Shown here: positions 9,381 through 17,174 of the stretch, one piece after another | Layout: each line of letters starts with the position of its first letter | Numbering within the stretch: position 1 is the stretch's first letter | Assembly: GCA_036337845.1 (NCBI GenBank) | Contig: JAYZDK010000065.1 | Span: 1-41,179 of the forward strand | Direction: 5' to 3' | Length of the DNA: 41,179 bases | DNA from: Myxococcota bacterium | GTDB taxonomy: Bacteria > Myxococcota_A > UBA796 > CAJQPC01 | Position numbers and translations under genes: made by a program | The notes under the pieces: generated by a model | What the model saw: the letters and a program-made list of their open reading frames with translations, nothing else | Database searches by the model: none | Told to the model about the DNA's origin: nothing

Positions 9381-10562
9381 ATGAAATGGACGTCCGCCAT
9401 CTCCCAGGAACCGGACCTTCGAGACGCCCTCGAAGAGGCCATCGAGGCTGTCCAAGATGTGTTGGGAGATCAGGTAGATCTACTCGTCGCATTCGCCTCC
9501 CCGCACCACTCCGAACGTTGTTTCGACCTACCGGAAATACTCAAGTCCGCCTTTCCCGACGCCATTGTGGTCGGTTGCACAGGCGGTGGAATCATCGGGG
9601 CCGCCCAGGAGATGGAAGACACTCCGGCGTTTTCTCTGACCGCAGCACGTCTACCGGACGTGGAACTCATACCCTTCCATGTCGATGCAGCAGACCTCGA
9701 CGCTCTCGCCGCGAATCCAGCGAGATGGCACGACTTCTTAGGCGTTCACCCCGATCAACAGCCCTGCTTCATCTTGCTTCCCGAACCGTTTTCCTGCCCA
9801 GCCCAGCAGCTCACCGAAAGCCTGGACGAGGCCTTTCCCGATTGTACAAAGGTAGGGGGTCTGGCCAGCGGTTCTCAGCAGCCCGGAGGCCACCATCTAT
9901 TTCTGAACGAGGTATGCCAACTCGAAGGAGCCGTTGGGATTGCGCTGTGGGGAGATGTCTGTATGGACACCGTGGTCGCACAAGGCTGCCGCCCGATTGG
10001 ACAGCCCATGCTCGTGAGCCGGAGCGACCAGAACGTACTCTTCGAGCTTGATGGGCGCCCAGCACTGCCCGCACTCGATGAGATCGTGCGCAATCTCAAC
10101 GAAAGAGAGCAAGCTCTGTTCTCTCAATCCCCTCACCTGGGAATCGCCATCAATGGAATCCAGGCCGAGCACGGCGATTTCCTGGTACGAAACATCCTGG
10201 GCATCGACCGGCAGCACAACGTCGTAGCCGTAGGCGCAATCGTCGAAACCGGCCAGACCGTTCAGTTCCACATCCGAGACGCGGAAACCTCCTCCGAGGA
10301 CCTCCACCGGCACCTGGGGAACTACCAGGTGCGCCAACACCGAACCCCACCTTCCGGTGCGCTGCTGTTTTCATGTCTGGGGCGAGGCCGGCAGTTCTAC
10401 GGCGTTCCAAATCACGACTCCCGAACCTTCCAGTCACTCATCGGAGAGGTCCCCCTCGGCGGCTTCTTCTGCAATGGTGAAATCGGCCCAGTTCACGGCC
10501 AAACCCAACTGCACGGATACACCAGCTCATTCGGGCTCTTCCGATCACGAGGCTGGGACTAG
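9381..10562 (+). CDS. FIST N/FIST C signal-transduction protein (NosP-like)
   Basis: VGCTGGGIIG, GGLASG, VAQGCRPIG, FSCLGRG and GFFCNGEIGP motifs. Start is 9372 or 9381. Confidence 0.88.
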   Translation: MKWTSAISQEPDLRDALEEAIEAVQDVLGDQVDLLVAFASPHHSERCFDLPEILKSAFPDAIVVGCTGGGIIGAAQEMEDTPAFSLTAARLPDVELIPFHVDAADLDALAANPARWHDFLGVHPDQQPCFILLPEPFSCPAQQLTESLDEAFPDCTKVGGLASGSQQPGGHHLFLNEVCQLEGAVGIALWGDVCMDTVVAQGCRPIGQPMLVSRSDQNVLFELDGRPALPALDEIVRNLNEREQALFSQSPHLGIAINGIQAEHGDFLVRNILGIDRQHNVVAVGAIVETGQTVQFHIRDAETSSEDLHRHLGNYQVRQHRTPPSGALLFSCLGRGRQFYGVPNHDSRTFQSLIGEVPLGGFFCNGEIGPVHGQTQLHGYTSSFGLFRSRGWD

Positions 10563-10571
10563 CCCATGACC

Positions 10572-11225
10572 TCACGGCTCTACAGCTTTCTTTCGTAACT
10601 CTCGTAGCTTCGACAAAGAAAATCGTGCTGGCTCTCGGCCCAACAGCGGCCAGATCGTGCTCTGGTGTGGCTTCTTCTTCCTATAGACCACATGCACCGA
10701 GCGCCCTATCCCCAGGGCTTCCACCCACGCATCCAGGCCCATCAGTCGACCCCGATGCCGCTGGCCACCCACCTCGTAGTCGTACTCCACCCAGTAGGGC
10801 CTGCCCCGCTTGTCGGTCTTTCCGATTGAGGTGATCCGCCCAGAAGCCACCAGCCCATGACGAAGAAGACCAATCTGCTTCTCAGACCAACGGAGCCCTA
10901 TTCCCCACAGCGAGGGCCCAATAATCATCAAGGCCAACCCCACCATTCCCGCCACACCCACCAGCCAGGAGAGGCCCTTGAACCCCCCCAACAAAACGGA
11001 ACCTGCCGTCACAAGCTTGCCCGAGGTGCCGCAACAAAACCCAACCAACACATAGGGGTTTTGGAGGAACCGCAGCCGCCGCCTGAACCCAGCCGGCAAA
11101 TCTCGAACCGGAGGGTGCGGTGCCTCTCCAGGCCCCTCTAAAGAGGGGTCCAACATCTCACCACCACAGCCAGAACAAGTTGTACCCAGCTGTGTCTCAC
11201 CCCGGCACCAAGGACAGCGAATCAC
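10572..11225 (-). CDS. Membrane protein with N-terminal Zn-ribbon, two TM helices and a DUF3592-like C-terminal domain
   Basis: GTG start in a GTGA overlap with the upstream stop; CPWC..CSGC; two hydrophobic segments; GRITS...VEYDYEVGGQRHRG...VHVVY..KPHQS pattern. Confidence 0.65.
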   Translation of the reverse strand: MIRCPWCRGETQLGTTCSGCGGEMLDPSLEGPGEAPHPPVRDLPAGFRRRLRFLQNPYVLVGFCCGTSGKLVTAGSVLLGGFKGLSWLVGVAGMVGLALMIIGPSLWGIGLRWSEKQIGLLRHGLVASGRITSIGKTDKRGRPYWVEYDYEVGGQRHRGRLMGLDAWVEALGIGRSVHVVYRKKKPHQSTIWPLLGREPARFSLSKLRELRKKAVEP

Positions 11226-13018
11226 GAAACAAGGCCCAGTTTGCCCGCCAAGGTCGTGGGCACAAAAAAGTAGATCACAGAAGTCGAAGGATTTCGTCCA
11301 GATTCCTGCGGGCAGGGATAGATCGTACGCCCTCGGCGAGTATAGGCATCCAGAAGGGTATAGCCCGCACGACGCGCACACTCCGTCCAACTCATGGGCA
11401 TGGGGTCGTCGTCCCGAGGCGTGCCGGGCTCCAAGGTCGGTCTCAGTCCCTGACCGGACTTCTCATGAACGTATCGAAAGGCCGGGTGGTAGGTGTTCCA
11501 TGCCGTGGATTTCTGGTCCTCTATGGAAAGCGCTGTCTCCTCGGTAAACAAAAGAACAATGCCAGCCTCACAGTAGGACTTCAACACCTGAATCATGGCT
11601 TCATCCCCCTGGTCTCGGATCTCGTGGAATCCATTACCAACCACCATCACCACCCCCTCGCCCGAGCGGGCACATCGGGAAAGTGGTTCAAGTAGCGCTC
11701 TTGCATCTCCAATATCCGCGTTGCGAACAAACTCCATCTTCGGCGGTAGTCGCCCCAGCCGCTGCTGCTCACACGCTGCATCGATGGCTTCATCCTCCAA
11801 GTCCGCTCCGAGGTAGTTCAGCGAATCACCGTCTCGTTCGTAGCGCTGCCGAGTGGCTTCCCCACGACCCAGGGCGTGCTCAATAAACACCCCATAGCTC
11901 CAGCCAGTGTCCTGACAAAATGCATCCAGCCTGTCGTTGGCATGCGAAAAAGACGCCCGATTCGCTCGCTGACTCGCTGCCACATTACTGCCTCGAGCCA
12001 CATGAACCGCTCCCCGCCCCTGCTCCAGAATTCTACCCAACTGACTCATATAGGGATGATAGGCCTCGATAATCCCAAAGGGCCCCGGCCCCCGCTCAAG
12101 CACCCGAACCCCCAGGGGAGTCAAGGTGGTACTTTCGACTTCCAAGAGCCCCCCTGCGCGGAAAAGCCCCTGCAGTCCAGCCCGAAACTCACGCCCTCCC
12201 CCCAGTGCTTCCTCATGAAGCTCTCCGCGTTCAAGTATCCGGGGAATTCTCTGAGCGGAGGCCAATCCGAGCACCAGCGGCAACAATCGATGACCCAACT
12301 CAATCTCTTCCACATTGGGGTTCCACTGGGACCTCTCCATAGGTGGCAATGGCTTGGGCGGCGATAACACCCATTCCACCGCCAGTTCTTCCGGCTCGGA
12401 AATGGCCCCCCCTTCAAAGACTCGCCTCCAGACCTCCGCCATGGCGACCGGGAGCCCGTTCGGCAGGGCAGGAAGTTCGAACGCCCGCACCGCATTCTCT
12501 TCCAGCGAAAACACACCCTGACTGCGCTGCACCAGTCCGAGAATGGAGAGAAAGGTGAGGTCCATCTCAAGCTCGGGGCCTCGGATACCCTGTTCGTTCG
12601 AAGGACAAATGGCCTCCTGATTCAGCAGACGTTCCGCAAAGCCCGATTCCACCAGTTGGGACAGCACGTGTCGCGCCAACCACAAAGACGGCGGGGCCGT
12701 GATTGCAGCAGTCCTGAGCACCTGCTTCACCACATTGGAGCTCGCCTGAAAATGATGAAGCTCCAAATCAGGAAAACCTGAGGAACCGCCCACCAGTCTT
12801 TCCAGGTGTTCCATGCCCTCCCAAGCCAGGTGTCCATGGGAAAAAAGCTGGGGCACGTGGTCACGCAGGTGCAAATAGGCAGGCTCCGAGAGGTACGGCC
12901 AACCAGAGCTACTCACGTACGTTTCAGCAGACACCACCGGAATCAACGTGCGAGCCGCTGTGTGCCTCTTGACCTCCCCATGAGAGCGGAGCCATTTCCC
13001 CAAACGATTCACAACCAT
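11222..13018 (-). CDS. Probable class I SAM-dependent methyltransferase-fold protein, AprA-MT1/MppJ-like, with a large N-terminal region
   Basis: 598-aa ORF with AGGAG upstream (start 13018 or GTG 13012). C-terminal half: HVARGSNVAAS, FIEHALGRGE, YLGADLEDEAI, ADIGD, VGNGFHEI and YVHEKSGQ. The CDS is secure; the product is inferred. Confidence 0.55.
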   Translation of the reverse strand: MVVNRLGKWLRSHGEVKRHTAARTLIPVVSAETYVSSSGWPYLSEPAYLHLRDHVPQLFSHGHLAWEGMEHLERLVGGSSGFPDLELHHFQASSNVVKQVLRTAAITAPPSLWLARHVLSQLVESGFAERLLNQEAICPSNEQGIRGPELEMDLTFLSILGLVQRSQGVFSLEENAVRAFELPALPNGLPVAMAEVWRRVFEGGAISEPEELAVEWVLSPPKPLPPMERSQWNPNVEEIELGHRLLPLVLGLASAQRIPRILERGELHEEALGGGREFRAGLQGLFRAGGLLEVESTTLTPLGVRVLERGPGPFGIIEAYHPYMSQLGRILEQGRGAVHVARGSNVAASQRANRASFSHANDRLDAFCQDTGWSYGVFIEHALGRGEATRQRYERDGDSLNYLGADLEDEAIDAACEQQRLGRLPPKMEFVRNADIGDARALLEPLSRCARSGEGVVMVVGNGFHEIRDQGDEAMIQVLKSYCEAGIVLLFTEETALSIEDQKSTAWNTYHPAFRYVHEKSGQGLRPTLEPGTPRDDDPMPMSWTECARRAGYTLLDAYTRRGRTIYPCPQESGRNPSTSVIYFFVPTTLAGKLGLVS

Positions 13019-13131
13019 CTCCTAGAACAGGCATTCGATCACGCCATCACCCCAGGCCTTCTTTCCTCGCGAACCCGCACCAGACAATTATCCTTGGCGA
13101 ACTCCGATCTCTTCGAGCCTCATCCACGAGA

Positions 13132-14037
13132 CTACTGGAACGAAAAGAAGAAGATCAACACAACAAAAGGCACCACGAACAGGATGTAGGGAAGAATGAT
13201 GAGAATGAAGCCTGCCTTGCGCAGCCTCTTCTGAAGCGCCCCCAGCCGGTCTTCCACAATCCGATGGAGAGCAGCAGGCACCCGCCCCATCGTCTCGGCC
13301 TGAGTCAACTGTGCCACCTCGGCTTGTTCAAGAACGAGACTCTCTGAAAGCGCCTCATACAGAGTGGAGCCGGCATCGATAGAACGAGAGGCCTGCTCAC
13401 ACGCAGCCGCGGCCGCCTGGTTGGGTTCTCCTTGTGCACACTCTCCAAGAAGGCTGGACAGCGAACGGCCCGCCTCAATGCCAAGCCCCAGAACGGTAAA
13501 AATGCGTATGACCGCCTGGCCCTGCAACAGTCGCCCCACCCATGGGAGCTTCCATACCTGCTGGGACACCCCCCATCCACGACGCCGCTCCATTACGAGC
13601 AAGCCCCCCAGTACCAACAGAGACGCTCCGATAATCCAAGCGACGAACTGAAAGGGGCTCGGTACCACGCTCGCAACGGTCAGCCCAAAGACCAGCTGTC
13701 CTATCGAAAAGACGAAAGCGCGGCGATTCGAAGCCTGAGTTCGCATCAAGTCCGCCAGGCGAGTCGTTGCGGTGTCTATGCGTCCCGACTGCTCCGCTGA
13801 GATCAGCACCAACCCCACTCCCGGTGCCACCGCCCTGTCCAGGAGCTCTCCAGCCGCCGCCAACCCCTCTCCGCGCAGAACCACTTGCTTGAGGAGCGCT
13901 GCAAGCTCTTGCTCATGACGACTCCGCGCAGACTTCTCGAAAGTCGAAAACGCCATCTCCAAGGTGCCACCGGTCGCGACAATCGTGCCCACGCCATCCA
14001 AGAAGGAGGCTGCAGCAGTCGGGCTCAAGCGCCTCAA
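13132..14037 (-). CDS. Type II secretion F / PilC-family inner-membrane platform protein
   Basis: Two T2SSF-like repeats (LISAEQSGRID; LTQAETMGRVP) with KLPWVGRLL between them. TTG start preceded by GGAGG and overlapping the aat stop (TTGA). Confidence 0.75.
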   Translation of the reverse strand: MRRLSPTAAASFLDGVGTIVATGGTLEMAFSTFEKSARSRHEQELAALLKQVVLRGEGLAAAGELLDRAVAPGVGLVLISAEQSGRIDTATTRLADLMRTQASNRRAFVFSIGQLVFGLTVASVVPSPFQFVAWIIGASLLVLGGLLVMERRRGWGVSQQVWKLPWVGRLLQGQAVIRIFTVLGLGIEAGRSLSSLLGECAQGEPNQAAAAACEQASRSIDAGSTLYEALSESLVLEQAEVAQLTQAETMGRVPAALHRIVEDRLGALQKRLRKAGFILIILPYILFVVPFVVLIFFFSFQ

Positions 14038-14735
14038 GTGGCATCCTCCAAAGGCTCCAACGACCATGAACCACGACGCGACGGCCGGTTCAACCTCGGG
14101 CGAAGCAGCTCCAGGTAGTCTCGGCGTGGGATCTCCCGCCCGCCAAAACGTGCGAGGTGCTCGGTATGCACTTGTGAATCCAACAAGTCGCAATTCCACA
14201 GCCTGAGCTGATGCACCAGATGCACCAGCGCCACCTTAGAAGCATCGTTGGCCAGGGCAAACATGGACTCCCCAAAGAACACGTCCCCCAAAGACACCCC
14301 ATAGAGCCCTCCCACAAGCTCCCCATCTCGCCAGCTCTCCACCGAGTGGGCAAAGCCAAGCTCGTGCAGCGTGACGTAGGCCGAACGCATCTCCGAGGTA
14401 ATCCACGTTCCATCCTGGTCCGGCCGATTCACCTCGGCGCATGCATCTATGACCGCCTCAAAAGCCGTATCTGCCCGAACCTCAAAAAACTGCTTTCGCA
14501 CCACTTTTCGCAAGCTCCGGGGAATCTCAAAATCGTCCAACATCAAGACAAATCTTGGGTCCGGAGAATGCCAGAGAATCGGCGGCCCCTCGCTGTACCA
14601 AGGGAAGATTCCCTGAGCATAGGCTAGTAGTAATCGACCGGGATGTAGATCTCCTCCAACCGCCAAGAGGCCATCTTCCCGAGCCAACTCCGGGTCGGGA
14701 AAAATATGTTCAGGGGGTAGGGCAAACAACGGCAT
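14034..14735 (-). CDS. aat: Leucyl/phenylalanyl-tRNA--protein transferase
   Basis: GLLAVGGDL, AYAQGIFPWY, GFAHSVE, LVGGLYGV, FFGESMF and DASKVAL motifs. Confidence 0.96.
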   Translation of the reverse strand: MPLFALPPEHIFPDPELAREDGLLAVGGDLHPGRLLLAYAQGIFPWYSEGPPILWHSPDPRFVLMLDDFEIPRSLRKVVRKQFFEVRADTAFEAVIDACAEVNRPDQDGTWITSEMRSAYVTLHELGFAHSVESWRDGELVGGLYGVSLGDVFFGESMFALANDASKVALVHLVHQLRLWNCDLLDSQVHTEHLARFGGREIPRRDYLELLRPRLNRPSRRGSWSLEPLEDAT

Positions 14736-14785
14736 GACGAAAGCGTAGCGGAAGCGGGTTATTCCTGGCTGCCCAGGAGCAGAAC

Positions 14786-15448
14786 ATGTCGACCAATACC
14801 CACCTACAAGAGTTGTTCATCGGCATTGCCGGACTCATCGGTGCTGGCAAGACCACATTAGCCACCGCGCTCGGAGAACACCTCGGACTCCCCGTCTACT
14901 ACGAACCCGTTCAAGACAACGAGTACCTCGCCGACTTCTACGAGGACACCGCCCGCTATGCCTTTGCTACACAGATTTATCTGTTGAATCGACGCTTCCA
15001 ACAGCACCAGGAGATCATCTGGCGGGGCGGCGGTGGAGTGCAGGACCGCACCATCTACGAAGACGCCGTCTTCGCCAAGACCCTGGTCGACCAGGACCTG
15101 ATGGAGGAGCGCGACTATCGCAACTACCTGCAGCTCTTCCGACACATGAGCAACTTCATGTGCCGGCCCAACGTGATTGTCTACCTGGACCTCTCGCCCG
15201 AGAGTTCCATGGAGCGAATCCAAATGCGCTCCAGAGATGTGGAGTCCGGGATCTCCATGGACTACCTCGTGAGCCTGCACCGGGAGTACACCTCCTTCAT
15301 CGAGGATATTTCTCGCTCCGTGCCCGTCATTCGCGTGGACTGGGAGCGCTTCCGGGATGCCGAGGAAATGGCCGAGGTCATTGAGCGAGAGTACCTGCAT
15401 GGGCGGTTCCTACGCGATGCCGAGTGGCGTCCCACCCAAGGCGCCTGA
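14786..15448 (+). CDS. Deoxynucleoside kinase (dAK/dCK/dGK family)
   Basis: P-loop GLIGAGKTT, YEPV, QIYLLNRRFQQ, DRTIYED and lid RIQMRSRDVE; SD AGGAG. Confidence 0.93.
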   Translation: MSTNTHLQELFIGIAGLIGAGKTTLATALGEHLGLPVYYEPVQDNEYLADFYEDTARYAFATQIYLLNRRFQQHQEIIWRGGGGVQDRTIYEDAVFAKTLVDQDLMEERDYRNYLQLFRHMSNFMCRPNVIVYLDLSPESSMERIQMRSRDVESGISMDYLVSLHREYTSFIEDISRSVPVIRVDWERFRDAEEMAEVIEREYLHGRFLRDAEWRPTQGA

Positions 15449-15471
15449 CTGATTCGGACTATGGTCGGTAC

Positions 15472-17157
15472 ATGCGGGATCCCAATCGCCTGCTGATTGT
15501 GCTGTTGATGGTCTGCACCGCTGTGGTGTGGAGCGCGACATGGCATCTATCGTCCACCTATGACGAGCCCCAGCATCTGCAGATGGGCCTGCAGATCCTT
15601 CGAACCGGTGACTTCAGCCGGTTCGACAACTCCAAGATGCCCGTGACGGTGTTTAATGCTCTGCCCTGGATCATCAGCGGGGCCGAAAACAACCGGGGCT
15701 CTTGGTTTCTGGCTCGGATGCCTCAGGTCATCTGGCTGTTGGGCACCACAGTCCTGGTCTTTGTCTGGGTGCGCCGCCATTACACGGCCTGGGCCGCTCT
15801 TGGCGCAGCCACTCTTGTAGCCCTGGACCCAAACCTCATGGCACATGCCGGCATGGTGACCACCGATGCCCCCTGCATGTTCTTCATGGTGGTTTCTTGT
15901 TTTACCTGGGCTCGCGCCCTGGAGAAACCCACCCGCAGAAACCACATCATCGCCGGAGTGGTGTTCGGGCTGGCCCAAGCCGCCAAGTTCACGGCTGTCT
16001 TCCTGGTACCCATTCACCTGCTGATTGCGGCGGCCACATGCTTCCGCATACGCACCTGGCGACCACTAAGACATGTGTGGGCAGCCATTCTTGCCGCCTT
16101 GCTCTCCCTGAATCTGGCATACGGGTTTCAAGGCACCGGAACAAACCCAGCAGAGATCCAGTGGCGATCGGAAATGTTCTCTCCAATCTCCGAGAGCACC
16201 CTGCCCCTGCCAGTTCCGCGCGCCTGGATAGAAGGGCTGGACTGGGTGAAATCAGATGATGACATGGGGCATGGAAACATCTGGCTCGATGAGTCCATGA
16301 GCCCAATGGGCCGAAAGTCGTATTTCTTCCAGGCGCTGGCTTGGAAGCTCCCCATCCCCCTGCTCTTGCTCGGGCTTGTGGGCCTCTTGCGTGGCACTCA
16401 AAAACGGGACCTCCAAGCTGCGTGGGTCATCCCCCCAGTCTTTCTGCTGGCCTGGTTCTCCCTGGCCTTCAACTTCCAGCTCGGCGTGCGCTACCTGCTT
16501 CCCATCGTGCCATTTCTGGCCATGTGGACTGCAAGGCTTTCTCCCCGGTGGCTCGCCGCTGGAGCGGCCTGGACGGTGTTCTCCGGCCTGAGCTGGTGGC
16601 CCTGGCTCCTCTCCTATCAAAACGAGACCTTGCTGGACCGAACCGAGGCCTGGAAACGACTGGCGGACTCCAATCTGGACTGGGGCCAAGGCCAACACAT
16701 CGCAACCCAGTGGCTTGAGGAGAACCCCGGTGGGCAAGTCGACCCGGAAGTGGCGGCACCCGGACGGGTACTCTTGAGCGCCAATGTGCTCACCGGCGTA
16801 CTCGGCGACCCAGCCCGTCACGCCTGTATTCGTGAACACCTGCCCCCTGAAGAACACCTCGCCTACGCGCACTACCCCATGAACCACGCCCCGGAGAGCT
16901 TCGAGGCCTGCTATCCCCGCGTCGAAACGTCCGGCTCCCAAACAGGCAGCCTGCCCGCGGGCACCCACCTCGTCATCCTCCGCTTCCGGGGAGAGGCCAC
17001 CCTATCGATCGGAGACTGGTCCGAATCAGGCTCCTCCAACGGAGAATCACTTATCGGTGCGGTGGTGCACTCCCAGGCGCCCTTCGACGCACACGTCACC
17101 CACGAGGGCGCCGAGGTGCACCTCTACCTCGACGGTAGAAAGCTTGAGCTGCCCTGA
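15472..17157 (+). CDS. GT-C fold membrane glycosyltransferase (ArnT/PMT_2, family 39/83-like)
   Basis: TYDEPQH, DPNLMAH..VTTD, GLAQAAKFT, GVRYLLP and LADSNLDWGQ; many TM segments. Start taken as ATG 15472. Confidence 0.82.
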   Translation: MRDPNRLLIVLLMVCTAVVWSATWHLSSTYDEPQHLQMGLQILRTGDFSRFDNSKMPVTVFNALPWIISGAENNRGSWFLARMPQVIWLLGTTVLVFVWVRRHYTAWAALGAATLVALDPNLMAHAGMVTTDAPCMFFMVVSCFTWARALEKPTRRNHIIAGVVFGLAQAAKFTAVFLVPIHLLIAAATCFRIRTWRPLRHVWAAILAALLSLNLAYGFQGTGTNPAEIQWRSEMFSPISESTLPLPVPRAWIEGLDWVKSDDDMGHGNIWLDESMSPMGRKSYFFQALAWKLPIPLLLLGLVGLLRGTQKRDLQAAWVIPPVFLLAWFSLAFNFQLGVRYLLPIVPFLAMWTARLSPRWLAAGAAWTVFSGLSWWPWLLSYQNETLLDRTEAWKRLADSNLDWGQGQHIATQWLEENPGGQVDPEVAAPGRVLLSANVLTGVLGDPARHACIREHLPPEEHLAYAHYPMNHAPESFEACYPRVETSGSQTGSLPAGTHLVILRFRGEATLSIGDWSESGSSNGESLIGAVVHSQAPFDAHVTHEGAEVHLYLDGRKLELP

Positions 17158-17174
17158 CCAAGCCCTACCAAATA

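Noticed and set aside
13019-13131. 113-bp intergenic region as a possible riboswitch or sRNA upstream of the methyltransferase-like gene
   Set aside because: I could not recognise a SAM-riboswitch or other conserved motif, or a convincing stem; an Rfam search would be needed.
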